DNA of 63,558 nt, filler included, from Octopus bimaculoides (GCF_001194135.2; 7 parts of 7 records of this genome joined end to end with filler, not necessarily neighbours in it), one strand, 5' to 3'. Positions 10,853-24,234 are shown, counted from the first letter of the whole stretch. Translations and numbers: made by a program. Notes: generated by a model not told the origin, from the sequence alone.

Positions 10853-12829
10853 ACTGTTTTCTTTCTCTGACAGTCAGTGACTGACATCACTTTTCAAATT
10901 GTCAGTGAAACCATTTTCACCTGATTCGGTTCCCCAAAGTCTGCCTGTGTTGATTCTTGGCAATTATTGCCAAATAGTTGTGGAATCATCATAAAATAAG
11001 TTCCAAAAATACGTTAGGATCAATTTAATTATTTTCTTTCTTAACAAAACTTTGTTTTGTACCTACACCACAGAAATCAATAATTCTAAAGATTTTTTTT
11101 TCTTTTTTGCTCCTTTCACGTGTATTTTCTCACAATTGGTTTGCATTTGAGACCACGGGTGGGGAATTAATCACATTGTCACTCACATTCAGAATTCAAC
11201 ATCAATCTTTGAAAGGAATGACCATGTTTTATAATACACATGAGAACCCCAAAAGGCTAAATTTAGGCAATTTATTTATCACATTTCTCCTACCAAAATT
11301 TAATTATTGGCTTAAATAAAGGCAATCAAAAGTGAAAATAGAGAGTGAATTGACTTAATTCCTCACAGTTTACCTGTCTTTATTAGTTCACACAATTGTT
11401 GCCAAGTGGTTGGGGAAAAATGTCAGTAAGGTTGTCTGCAAGAAAAGCCAGCAAATAACCTTAATTAATCGGATTAGTAGCAGTGAAAGCAACAGAAGGA
11501 CTAAATTCTCATCAGAAAAGACCAATATTTTGTGATATCAACATGAAGAAGGAAGATAATGGAGCAACTAAAAGTACAGCCACATCATCAACCGTCAATT
11601 AGAGATCAACCAGATAGACTTCATTACCAAACCAAAGCAGTTTCACATGATCAGCTTATTAACCAACAAAACAGCATCAAGCCAGTGTATGATTCAGCTT
11701 TCGAGAACTTTCTCATTGAGCCATATAAAATGGTGGCTTTTGGCAATAACCCCAGAATGTTAAGACTACCAATTGATGTCTCCATTCCCATTGCATCAGC
11801 AGACATTGGCAGGTACAAGGTACAGATTTTGTCAACATGAATATAGTGCAATTATTTCTCGGTTGTGATGGGGCCAGCCACAGATTGCTTTGTATAGGCC
11901 CCAGGACTATGTCTCACCTGGTGTATAACTGTCACCATTATTTTCCATCCCCAGATGAAACACAAAAGACACTTCTGTGCAGTAAAGAAATCTTCTGTTA
12001 ATTATTCGTTAGTGTTGTTAATTACTTCTACGTGTGGCCCTAGAAAGATATTGTCATTCACCAACAGCTACCATGACCACAACAACAGCAACACCCGTAG
12101 CATATACTGGCATCTAAACATATGGAATATATTTTAAAGAATAATGTGTAGCAGACCATGCTGCATCACTGACTGCAGTAATAATTTGAACTCTGATATT
12201 CATAGACACTAAGTCAAGATCTTTGCCATTCAGCTTCAAAACAAAGAGGTTTTGGAATATATTATCAAAAAACAAACAAACAACTGAAACCAAAAACCAC
12301 AGAAAGTTATTAGCATTAGTAAAGTTGAGAAAATGAAACCCAATTGTTCAGACATCTTAATAGAAAATAAATTATAAGCTGTTTTATACTTGAATGAATC
12401 AATTATTGCACTCTTTCCAAGTGATTTCACTTTTGTGGCTCATGAAGCGATTTTCCCGTTTTCAGTTTTGTAATCTCAATTATATCTTTGAAATATATTC
12501 AATCCTCTCTCTGCTCTTTTCTTTGTATGTAAGCATGTATTCGTTTGTACACACACATACAAAAACATGTAGGCACCAACGGATGTACAAATTTAGCCAT
12601 GTATGTGTATGTATGTCTTTATTCAGTTTTATTTCAAGATTTCTGGCCAATAGAGAAAGAATTGGTTTCTAACCTGGATCCAAGGATCTTTCATTGGAAT
12701 TTCAACATCAACGAGGTATTTTTGCAGGCATGTATGTATCTAACTATCTATACATACACATTTGTATGTTTCATGTTATGTATGTCTTCTCATGCATATA
12801 GTCGCATATCTAGGCATGCTCATATATAT

Positions 12830-13009
12830 TTAAATGATAAACTTCAGGAAAGTTTTATAGATTTTTAAAGTTCTAGTGATGGATTCGATCTGTAGTCTTC
12901 CAATTAGCTTTCTCCCTTCTGGTTTTGAGAAACCTAATTTCTCAAGATTGGTATTTAGGAACTGTGTTACATATCCTAATACCCTAATAGTTACAGGTGC
13001 AGTAATTGT
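12830..13009 (-). pseudogene. 3' end of a restriction-like-endonuclease (RLE) non-LTR retrotransposon ORF
   Basis: TITAPVTIRVLGYVTQFLNTNLEKLGFSKPEGRKLIGRLQIESITRTLKIYKTFLKFII* resembles the P-x-x-x-G-A-L-G ... L-Q C-terminus of R2/R4/NeSL-type ORFs. Confidence 0.55.
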
Positions 13010-13094
13010 ACGTACGTATGCATGTATGCTTGTATGTGTATATATGTATGCATGAATATATGTACATAGATACATACATAAGTATATCATCTGA

Positions 13095-13300
13095 CTGACC
13101 AGACTATGAGATGTTGTTATACATTGCTGGTCACAATGCGCTTTGCATTATTTAAGCTTTCAAATGATGCCATCACACTGGCTGGGTGAACAGGCCAACA
13201 TTCCCCTTGATTGAAAAGCTAGTTCATTGCAGAGGTACCCATTGACAGTTGAATGGATGGGAACAATGGGAAATGAAGTGTTTTCTTCATGAACACAATA
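13095..13300 (-). mobile_element. Old SINE fragment
   Basis: Reverse complement reads ttgtgttcatgaagaaaacacttcatttcccattgttcccatccattcaactgtcaatgggtacc, like a SINE central domain. Confidence 0.45.
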
Positions 13301-13732
13301 ACCATATATATTATATATATATATATACATACATACAGAGAGAGAGAGAGAGCTAAGAACTAGATAGATTGATAGATAGAAAGATAGATAGATACCTAAT
13401 AAGTATATATGTATTTATTTTTCATATATCTGAGATACAAGCTATCAATGTAGTTTGTATTTACCAATACACACTTAATACAATAGTGTATAAACATTTA
13501 GCAACCATCTCCCTTTCTAACATTGCATTTGTGTCTTTTATATACAGATGCAGTGTTGTAGCTTCATAACATGTGCAAGCATACATGTATGTATACATAC
13601 ATACACATATATACACATGTATATTTATAAGTGCATATGTACGCACATACATATGGAACCATACCTAGACACCACACATACATGTGTATGTATACAAGCT
13701 GATACGTGTACACACACACACATGTATGTATG

Positions 13733-13784
<52 letters not shown>

Positions 13785-13896
13785 GAGAGAGAGATCCCAA
13801 TGCATGATGCGGATAGACTCACATCGAAGTTAAGAAATTTGCATATATAAGGTAAGATAAGTTCATATACTAAAAATTATATACAAACCATATGAA

Positions 13897-13930
<34 letters not shown>

Positions 13931-13940
13931 NNNNNNNNNN

Positions 13941-13973
<33 letters not shown>

Positions 13974-15396
13974 TCATATACATATGTATGTTGGCATACA
14001 TGCAGATATACAGACATGTTATACATCTATATATATACACACATATACACATATTGATATATACTTTTATGTGTGTATACATATATATACAGAGAGAGAG
14101 ACACACATACACACATATGTGCACACACACGCACACACACACACACACACAAAGCTGCTCACCCACGTTCTTCTATCCATATGTACATACAGATATCCAT
14201 TTGTTGACTTAAGTTGGATAATAGAGCTAGTTTTAATAATATCTAGGAAGTTTTAGGGATATATGAATAGACCTGTCAATTGTTGGAAGTAATGCCCTTT
14301 GATATATGCAATAAACTAACATGACTTAGAATAATACGCTAATAATAATAATAATAATATAACAACCACAACAATGGTTAATGAATAATATAACATTTAA
14401 ATAGTTGAAGCAGAAGTCTCTTAAGGATATGAAGGGCAAAAGACGAAAAGCAGTTTATATAGAGACGGAACCAAGTGTTTTGTAAGATGTTTACTTGCAG
14501 GTTTAAGTTAGATGTCTTAGTTTGTTTGAGTTTGTTTTTTTTTTTGTTTTTTTTTTTTGTAAAAGAACTTGAAAGTTCCCCAAAAAACCTTGCAGTTGAT
14601 CATGAATTTGTTTCATTTATTTGGAAGTCGTTTATCAGAAAGTAAAATTTGCTTTGCTTCCTAATCAGTATAGCCTTCATTCTTCTGTGCATAGAGTTTC
14701 AAATTCTTCTATTTTCCACTGAAAGGTGTTTGAGTTGCCACACATATTCACCTAATGATGTTGATTGAGTCAATTTAGGGTTTTGGAAAGAGAGAACACG
14801 AATATAGATAAAAACACTTCTTGAAAATGTTAGCCGTAAATCCAGAGCTTGTGTATTCCCCTGAGCATGAATGTGCAATTACACTATATCAGTTATACTG
14901 TGTTTCTCACAAGACAATTTCCATTTAATGGGCAGTCATTGATATTTTCACAATTACATGTTTTTGGCTTATTACGATTCTCAGGGACTCTATTCAGATT
15001 ATTATATAATCTATTGTTATTTGAAGTATGATCCTAGGCAGTGTTTGAAAGACCATTTCCTGCAATGATGTGTGTATATATATGTATGTGTGTGTGTATA
15101 ATTCTTAAACAAGAATATTTTTGACAGTGGCTTCAAAATTTTACCATTCCAAAGATGGCTTAACTGGCTGAGACTGAAACTTCAAAGTCACTGTCAATAT
15201 TATTCTTGTTTAAAGATAACAAATTTGTACTCTATAAATGTATAGAGTAAACCATTAGATTAATGTGAAATTGCTTGATTAGAAGTGAACACACACGACT
15301 GTGCATCTGTGTGTGTGTGTGTGTGTGTACATGTAACTCGCACACTTATAGACAAACATCCATACATATGTATAAACACACACACACACACACATT

Positions 15397-15630
15397 AAAG
15401 GTGGTGAGCTGGCAGAAACGCTAGTAAGCCGGGTGAAATGCTTAGCGGTATTTCGTTTGCCACTACGTTCTGAGTACAAATTCCGACGAGGTTGACTTTG
15501 CCTTTCATCCTTTGGGGGTCGATTAAATAAGTACCAGTTATGCACTGGGGTCGATATAATCGACTTAATCCGTTTGTCTGTCCTTCTTTGTCCTCTCTGT
15601 GTGTAGCCCCTTGTGGGCAATAAAGAAATA
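15397..15630 (+). mobile_element. Meta-like SINE
   Basis: aaaggtggtgagctggcagaaacg...gactttgcctttcatcctttgggggtcg...gcaataaagaaata. Confidence 0.9.
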
Positions 15631-15664
15631 ACACACACACACACACATTCTTAATTCAACTTTA

Positions 15665-15816
15665 AAGTGGTTGACATTAGGAAGAGCATCCATCTGTGGA
15701 AATCCTGCCAAAACAGACAATGGAACATGGTGTGGATCCTGACCTTGCCAACTCCTGTCGAACTATCCAACCCATGCCAGCATGGAAAACGAATGTTAAA
15801 TGATGATGATGATGAT
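15665..15816 (+). mobile_element. Extreme 3' tail of RTE LINE family with (GAT)n end
   Basis: ttaggaagagcatcc...ccaacccatgccagcatggaaaac...gatgatgat, matching the end of 16040-16865. Confidence 0.8.
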
Positions 15817-15896
15817 TTACTGTTTCATTTGGTAGGATCAACAAAAATGTTGTCCACCCAGTGAGACATGTAGACGAGCAATTTTTTTATTTATAA

Positions 15897-15997
<101 letters not shown>

Positions 15998-16039
15998 CTA
16001 GTAAGCTCTGCTGGATATGTAATGTGAGTGTGCATACAT

Positions 16040-16861
16040 GACAGAGTGTAAGCGCCCTGAGAGAAAAGTTGGTCTTAAGAAACACCAGATGTGGTGTGCA
16101 AGAGAGACGACTGTGCTGGTATGGTCAAGTGTTGCGAATGGATGAGGACAGCTGTGTGAAAAAGTGTCACACCCTAGCAGTTGAGGGAACCTGTGGAGGA
16201 GGTAGACCCAGGAGGACCTGGGATGAGGTGGTGAAGCACAACCTTAGAACACTGGGCCTCACTGAGGCAATGACTAGTGGCCAAGACCTTTAGAGATACG
16301 CTGTGCTTGAGAAGACCCGGCAAGCCAAGTGAGATCATAACCCGTGGCCTATGCCAGTGGTGTATAACCCGCCCACTTATGAGTACCCTTCATTCATTGG
16401 ACAATAAACTTTGTTTAGGAAGATCTGTTGAGGCAAGGGAAATCAAAATCGCTGATGTGGTCGATGACAGTACCCCCTAATTGGCACGTGTGCCAGTGGA
16501 ACATTGAAAGCACCATCCAAGCGTGATCATTACCAGGGCCACTGACTGCCTCCCATGCCGTAGCACATAAAAAGCACCTTTTGAGCGTGATCGTTGTCAG
16601 CGATGCCTTACTGGCACGTGCTGGTAGCATGTGAAAAACAACATTTGAGTGTGGTCATTGCCAGTACTGCCTGACTGGCCCTCATGCTGGTGGCATGTAA
16701 AAGCACCTACTACACTCTCAAAGTGGTTAGCATTAGGAAGGGCATCCAGCTGTAGAAACTTTGCCAGATCAGACTGGAGCCTGGTGCAGCCTTCTGGCTC
16801 ACCAGTCCTCAGTCAAACTGTCCAACCCATGCCAGCATGGAAAGCGGACGTTAAATGACGA

Positions 16862-16865
<4 letters not shown>
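16040..16865 (+). mobile_element. 5'-truncated RTE-clade LINE (ORF C-terminus plus repeat-bearing 3' UTR)
   Basis: RRLCWYGQVLRMDEDSCVKKCHTLAVEGTCGGGRPRRTWDEVVKHNL matches the RTE LRWxGHVxR...GRPxxxW motif; one internal stop; UTR subrepeats; (GAT) tail. Confidence 0.9.
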
Positions 16866-16908
<43 letters not shown>

Positions 16909-17552
16909 AATAGGAAAGATTTTATCCTTTTACCAAGCAGGTAATTATTTTATTATGGGAATTGCCAACTGTTTGATTTCTCAATAAACCCTTTCAATCC
17001 TAAATTATTTGTTTTTACAGAAAAATGGTTTCGTGATTTTTTAAAACAGTTCTTGACTGGAATTGATAATAAACCTCAATATAATCACATCCAAAAATAT
17101 ACTGGTTACAGTCAATATTTTGAAAAATTACCATTTCAGTATTAACCTACGTAAATTCTCCTGTGACTTTTCAAGCTGTAAGTGATGTGAAATATGACCT
17201 CTCATAAATCTTAATTACAGATGGTGCTGTTCACCGTTTCTACGACATTCAGTAAATATATCGTTTTGATCATGAATCATAAAAGAGGTAATATAACTGT
17301 ATGTTCCTGCCACATATATAGGAACACCATGTTATTATCTAGCAGTCTGTTTTGAAACTCATACCAACATCAGATACTCAAATGTCCATTCATTGAATTT
17401 ATTTCAAAAACTGTGTTTCCTAAGATTATCAAACAACTTCAGGTGTACTCAGGTAGGAGGTAACAAACAATGTTATTTAGAGTTATTTTAATCAGATTTG
17501 ATAAATCTTAATCTTTCCTATTCATTAGCTGCAAAAAGAAACCGTATAAAAC

Positions 17553-17920
17553 AAGTGTGGCTGTGTGGTAAGAAGCTTGCTTCACAACCACATGGTTATG
17601 GGTTCAGTCCCACAGTGCGCCACCTTTGGGCAAGTGTCTTCTACATCCTTGGGCCAACCAAAGTCTTGGGAGTGGATTTGATAGATGGAAACTGAAAGAA
17701 GTCTGTTGTATATATGTATATATTATGTCTTTGTGTTTGTTTGTCCCCCACCACTGCTTGACAACTGGTGTTGGTGTGTTTACATCCCTGTAACTTAGTG
17801 GTTTGGCAAAACAGAACAATAGAATAAGTACCAGACTTTAGAAAAGTACTGGGGTCGATTCATTCGCCAAAAAAAGAAAAAAATTCTCAGAGGTGGTGCC
17901 CCAGCATGGCCACAGTCTAA
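17553..17920 (+). mobile_element. CORE-like SINE, CpG-decayed
   Basis: Colinear with the 40941 copy, with TpG/CpA at former CpG positions. Confidence 0.9.
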
Positions 17921-17972
17921 GATAAAGGAAACCATCAAAATCAAATCAAATCACAATCAAATGGAAATTGTA

Positions 17973-18317
17973 ATTGTGGCTGATGCCAGTGCCACCTGAC
18001 TGGCTCTCTGTGCCGGTGACACATAAAAAGCACCATCTGAACCTGGCCAATGCCCGTACTCCTGACTGGCCTCTGTGCCGGTGGCATGTAAAAAGCACCA
18101 TCCGAATGTGGCTGATGCCAGTGCTGCCTGACTGGCGACATGTAAAAAGCACCCACTACACTCTTGGAGTGGTTGGCGTTAGGAAGGGCATCGACCTGTA
18201 GAAACATTGCTAGATTAGATTGGAGCCTGGTGTGACCTCCTGGCTTGCCAGTCCCTAGTCAAACTGTCCAACCCATGCCAGCATGGAAAACGGACGTTAT
18301 TAGATGATGATGATGAT
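17973..18317 (+). mobile_element. RTE LINE 3' UTR fragment
   Basis: gccagtgccacctgactggc subrepeats and ggaagggcat...ccaacccatgccagcatggaaaacggacgtt(GAT)n tail. Confidence 0.88.
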
Positions 18318-18321
18318 ATAC

Positions 18322-18548
18322 AAAGGCGGTGAGCTGGCAGAATCGTTAGCATGCCGGGCAAAATGCTTAGCGGTATTTCATCTGCCGTTATGTTCTGAGT
18401 TCAAATTCCGCCAAGGTTGACTTTGCCTTTCATCTTTTTGGGGTTGAGTAAATAAGTACCAGTTACCCACTGGGATCGATGTAATCGACTTAATCCCTTT
18501 GTTTATGTCCCCTCTCTGTTTAGCCCCCTGTGAGCAATAAAGAAATAG
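18322..18548 (+). mobile_element. Meta-like SINE abutting the LINE tail
   Basis: aaaggcggtgagctggcagaatcgttagcatgccgggc...gactttgcctttcatc. Confidence 0.9.
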
Positions 18549-19761
18549 ATATCATATAAATTGCAAATACAGAGATTTCTAGTAAAGTCATTTCTGTTGA
18601 AACAATTTCTGCTTTATTGTCGAAATCAACATCAGCACAACCAAGAAAAAACTGCCCTCAGGTTTGCTTTTGTTACCCAAATCAATTGATGAATTTTAAT
18701 TTTCTCAAGCCAACATTTGGGGAAACAGAAATGTTCTTTCCAAACAATCTTGTACACTGCTTTTGATTTCATTTTCTCCATTTCGTTACAACCAATCTAA
18801 GCGTAAATATTGTTTTGGTTCTATTTTTTTTTATTCTTTCTCTTTGGCTCTAAATATAATGAAAATTCAGAACTACAGCTTGCTGCAGGTAAAGAAATTG
18901 TGTTTTAATTGAAAAGGAAAAAAAAAAGTTTGGCAGTACTTTGAAGAACACTGGCTCTCTGAATGTCACCATGCTGCTATTAAAAGTGCAGATTCCTAAA
19001 TTACATTGGAGAATCATTTGGGTAAAACTTCAACAAATCATGCAAACAACTCCTAAATGCATGATAGAAATGATTGTTTGCACATCGTTTGGTTTGCCTA
19101 TGTGAATAACCACAAGGTGAGTTTAATGGTATAAAAAAAAAATTGTCATTAAAAGCCAAAGAATGGTTAATGAAAATGAAATATATTGGCAATCATTTTT
19201 TTACCACTTAATTAGAGTGCGTATCCAACAGATTAAGATATGAGTATATATAGCAATGTTGTTATATAGTATTCATAAGTGTGTGTGGGGGTGTGAAGAA
19301 TGCTTCTTGTGTGTATATTGATACAAAAATAGGGATGTGTGTCTAGTGGTGGTGATGGGGAGGATCAACATTGTTATCTTACTGTGTATGTAAATACAAG
19401 AATGTGTTTGTGTATGTACATGAGGGAACATTTCTCATAATGTATGCAAGCAGATTCCTTGCATATTCTGTAGAGAGAAAGGGAGAGAGAGAGAGAGGGA
19501 ACGTGTTTGTGTGAGTGAAGGAGTGTGTTAGTAATAAGAGAATAAGTTAAAGAGAAACACCTTTTTTGCATTACAAAGTGATGTGGAACCATGCAACAGC
19601 TGCGACAATTTCTCCCAGAAGAGTAGGAAATAAAAAAAAAAAAATTTCAGGTTTTTATAATGGCAAAACATATGGCTGTGCGATTATCATTGTTTGGCCA
19701 AAAATAAAGTCAAGGTTTCTATGGAACATGGCTTGATTGGAAAAATCCCAAGCGATGTGTA

Positions 19762-20115
19762 TTTTTATCTTGTTTCAGTCATTGGGCTGCAACCATGCTT
19801 GAGAACGGCCTTGAAGAATTTTAGTCAAATGAATCGACTCCAGTACATTTTTAAAGCCTAGTACTTATTCTGTCAGACTCTTTTGCCAAACTGCTAAGTT
19901 ATAAGAACATAAACACACCAGTACTGATTATCAAGTGGTGATGGACACACACACACACACATGTATACATAATGACCTTTCAGTTTCTGTCTACCAGATC
20001 CACTCACAAATCTTTGGTTGGCCCAAGATTACAGTAGAAGACACTTCCACACAGTAGGACTGAGCCCAGAACCATGTGGTTGAGAAGCAAGCTTCTTATC
20101 ACACAGCTATGCTTG
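19762..20115 (-). mobile_element. CORE-like SINE, CpG-decayed
   Basis: Reverse complement of the full family layout. Confidence 0.85.
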
Positions 20116-20300
20116 TGTAATAAATAATGGGGAATTGTGGATGGAAAAAAATCCTTGCAATGTAGAAGTGACATGAAAACAAATATTTAAACAATATAGG
20201 AGGCCACAAAGTTCACTCTCTACTTGACCATAAAGGTACCAGGAAAGTATTCATGATTATTCTTGAAAGGTTCAAGAATAATGTAAACTAATAGGCACAG

Positions 20301-20890
20301 GTTGCTTCCCAACCACAAGGTTACAGGTTCAGTCCCACTGTGTGGCACCTTGGACAGGTGTCTTCTAATATAGCCTCAGGCCAACCAAAGTCTTGTGAGT
20401 GGATTTGGGAGACAGAAACTGAAAGAAGCTTGATGTATATATATGTGTGCCTGTGCATGTCTGTGTAAATGTGGCCGTGTGGTAAGAAGTTTGCTTTCCA
20501 ACCACCTGGTTCTGGGTTCAGTCCCACTTTGTGGTAACTTGGGCAAGTAGCTTCTAATATAACCTCAGGCCAACCAAAGCCTTGTGAGTGGATTTAGTAG
20601 ACGGAAACTGAAAGAAGCCCGTTGTATGTGTGTGCGTGTATATATATATGTGATGACAATGATGAAGATATATATATATATATATATATATGTGTGTCTT
20701 TTTATTTGTGCTTCACCACTACTGGACAACTGGTGTTGGTTTTATTTGCATCCCCGTAACTTAGTTATTCAGCAAAAATAAGTAGTAGGCTTTAAAAAAA
20801 AATACTGTGGTCCATTTAATTAGGAACCCTTCAAGATGGTGCCCCAGCATCGCCATAGTCTAATGATTGAAACAAGTAAAAGATAAAAGA
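20301..20890. mobile_element. CORE-like SINE 5' half (-, 20301-20432) and full copy (+, 20467-20890)
   Basis: Family head, CORE-like and tail motifs. Confidence 0.85.
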
Positions 20891-21179
20891 TCACAGAATT
20901 GAAAGAGAGAAGCTAGTTCCATCTCCTTAGATCGCTCAACAAAGCTTGTACAAATAAACAGCCGAGTCACAAAATATATAACACGAGTTCTGTTTTTAAA
21001 GGCTGAGAAAATCGCTCGGTGGCCTTGGTACAAATGACTTTTCAGTTACTGCCAAAAAATCAGATTACATTATGTAATCATGAGATCAACAAATGTTTGG
21101 TGGCCAATAAGAAATTTCAGCATATTTGTATTATTTGCAAGACATAAATGTTCAACAATATTTTCAGTTACCCTAGGCG

Positions 21180-21990
21180 TGCTCACAAAACAGCAACGAC
21201 AGAAGTGTATGCTTTGACGGAGCAAGAAATATGTTTGGAAAAGAATTTTCAGTTGTCAAATGTTTAGAACAACTTCAACTGAAGATGCTGTCGAGTACAA
21301 TCTTTAGAGAAGAAAAACTACAAAATTTATAATGCAGTGTAAGACATTATCTGAAGAGAGGGAGAGAGATAGTATTTCATCTCAGAACCTACATGACTGT
21401 GGAAGTCCTCTAGAAGAATTGAATTGAGAATTGAGGAAGGGACATTTTCATTGTGAGTTCAAGACCATTGCAAACATATGTATTTTCAGGCTACAGATAA
21501 AATAATCCCTTCTCCTGATAAATGATTTTGTCAAGCAGATTACAAGGTATCTTTAAGGCTGGAGACATTACTTCTAAAGGTAAGTGACAAAGAATATTCT
21601 TCATCAGAAATCAGTTTTACTAAGGGCAGTTGCTTTGATTATATTGTTCCATAACTTAATTTCTGGTATTTCAAATTTCTACGAGAGAGATTTGTTTGTT
21701 ATTTAGTAACATTGTAGGCCACCTGAATGATAAAAATCAACCTACTGTGAGCATTTAATATGAGATACTTCTAAAATTTACCAGCTTTTAGTGTTAATTC
21801 CTGCAAAACTTGCTACAGCTGAAAGAACATTTTCCCAAGCAAAACGTTTGTAGAATGGCATATGAGAGATTAAATTCTCTGGCTATGCTTTTGTTTCATT
21901 AAAAACAAGCAAAGTAAATCTCCTTACAGAAGCTGCAAAATTTGCTTCTCAAAATGAGAACCGACAAAAGAATTTTGCTAGTGTCTGATT
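21180..21990 (+). pseudogene. Decayed hAT transposase (ZMYM1-like type)
   Basis: Fragments across stops and frameshifts: CFDGARNMFGK (catalytic D region), YFQATDKII..FCQADYKVSLRLETLLLK, LIPAKLATAERTFSQAKRL and ERLNSLAML (hAT dimerisation domain). Confidence 0.8.
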
Positions 21991-23159
21991 CGTTTGATGG
22001 TAAATTGAGTGAAATTATAAACTTTTGTAACTCATGAATATCCGTAGAACAATGAAGCAAGACTCATCTACACAATGCATTGAATATACTGGAATATGTA
22101 AGAAAACGGAAAATAAAAGAATGGTAAATATGGAAATAATTAAGGAAACACTTGAAGACAACGAAAGCCTTAAAACAAAAACTAAGCAGAAGATGTCTAT
22201 GGGACATAACACAATCATTAGCCTAAATGACAAAGATGGAAAACAACTTACAGAAGATGTACAAATATTAGAAAGAGTAAAAGAATTCTACGGAAACCTC
22301 ATTCAATCTAACAAAGAAGTTTCTTGAACAGTAAGGGTCCCAGACATCTTGGAAGCAGAGAAATGTCATAAAGGAAATGAGAAACAATGAAACTGCAGGT
22401 CGAGATGGGATTGAAATAGACATGATAAAAGTGCTTGGGCCAAGCACAGAGAAGAAACTAGCTAAACTAAATGCAAAATGCCTACATCAACTCAGGACAC
22501 TGGTTACGTGGGAAGATTCCCAGCTAATCCTTTAGGAAAAAGGGATGCCAGAATTTTAAAGAACAACAGACCAACCAGCCTACAATCGTACATCATATAA
22601 AAAAAGATTTGAGAGAGAAAGCTGGATGAGAACACTACAGCAGAACAGGGAGGCTTCAGGAGAAACCGCAGCATAATAGATGTACACACATACTGTAAAG
22701 CAAATGAAGGGAAATGCCAGACTTACAACATACCATTATGCTTAATATTTGCAGAGTTTGAAAAAGCTTTTGATTCCATGGAAATCGATAATATACTATG
22801 AGCACTAGAGGAAAAAGCAATCAAAGGAGACGGCGTAGAGTTTCCAGAGAATTAGTAGACCAACTGGAGAATTAAAGCAACTCTAAACACCAAAATGATT
22901 GATATGAAAATTGAGAAATGGGTTAGACAAAGAGACACCATATCACCCAAACTATTCACATCTGTTTTAGAAAAGGATTTTAAGAATTTGTATTGGTCAG
23001 ATAAAGGAATATAAATATAAATGGATGTATACTAAATCATCTCAGATTTTCTGATGATATTGTACTCATTTCCAACAGCATTAAAGGGTTGACAGAAATG
23101 CTCAGATGAAAGTAAAAAATGTGGACTCAGAACTGAGTAAAACGAGTCTAGTGAAGTCA

Positions 23160-23528
23160 TTGTTGTGGCTGATGCCAGTGCCGCCTGACTGGCACCCATG
23201 CTGGTGGCATGTTAAAAGCACCATTTGAGCATAGGTCGTTGCCAGTGCCGCCTAACTGGCTTCCGTGCTGGTGGCACAGTAAAAGCACCATTTGAGCATA
23301 GGTCGTTGCCAGTGCCGCCTGACTGGCCTTCATGCCGGTGGCACATAAAAAGCATCCACTACAATCTCAGAGTGGTTGGTATTAGGAAGGGCATCCACCT
23401 GTAGAAAACTTGCGAGATCAGATTAGACCCTGGCACAGCCTCCTTACTTGCCTGTCTTCAGTCAAACCATCCAACCCATGCCAACATGGAAAATGGATAT
23501 TAAACGACGCCGACGATGATGATGATGA
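23160..23528 (+). mobile_element. Younger RTE 3' UTR fragment nested in the old LINE
   Basis: Three 67-bp subrepeats (23174, 23241, 23308) plus the family tail and (GAT)n. Confidence 0.88.
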
Positions 23529-23630
23529 GGGATAATTTCCAACTGTCTAATCACAGCTGGAAATGTAGTAATGGATGTTTAAATAGTTGAACATGTCAAC
23601 AAATACACTCATCTCAGACAAATTATCTGC

Positions 23631-23860
23631 TTAACCCTTTCGTTACTGTATTTCTGTTGAAATGCTCTGTGTTTCTTTCAATTAATTTTAAATATTACAA
23701 AGAATTTAGTAAAATAACTTTGTTATCATTCAGTTAGTGTTAGGAACATAAATTGTGACTAAGGTTTGGTGGAAGATTTTAATTCAAAACTTTTGAAAAC
23801 AAGACATTTGTACTACAGAGCCAGAGGCAGTTTCAGATGGATTGGTATCAAAAGGGTTAT
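23631..23860. mobile_element. piggyBac-like MITE, copy 1
   Basis: TTAA-CCCTTT...AAAGGG-TTAT ends; similar along its length to copy 2. Confidence 0.85.
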
Positions 23861-24006
23861 ACACACCTCTACATTTGGGCAGATGTACATTAGAACCAGT
23901 TGGAAGGGTGTGTGGATTGAAGGAAATTTAGGTTATTATTTCTTGCATATAAAGTGACCACATTGAAGTCTCCTTCTCGCATGTCTTCTGCTGATTATTT
24001 TTCTTC

Positions 24007-24234
24007 TTAACCCTTTTGTTACCATATTTCTCTTGAGATGCTCTGTGTTTCTTTCAATTACTTTAAATATAACAACGAATTTAGTAAAATAACTTAGTTA
24101 TCATTCAGCTAGTGTTAGGAACATAAATTGTGACTAAGGTTTGGTGGAAGATTTTAATTCAAAACTTATGAAAACAAGACATTTGTACTCAGAGCTTGAA
24201 CCGGTTTCAGCCAGGTTGGTAACAGAAGGGTTAA
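24007..24234. mobile_element. piggyBac-like MITE, copy 2
   Basis: TTAA-CCCTTT...GAAGGG-TTAA ends. Confidence 0.88.

Noticed and set aside
11559-11840. 93-aa plus-strand ORF (and an overlapping 66-aa minus ORF with IGSLNILGL)
   Set aside because: No recognisable domain, stops in flanking frames, and only superficial similarity to an APE endonuclease motif.
16941-17146. Plus-strand 80-nt intron and exon EKWFRDFLKQFLTG...
   Set aside because: The upstream exon abuts a (TA)n and LINE tail, there is no homology I recognise, and it overlaps an equally plausible minus-strand candidate.
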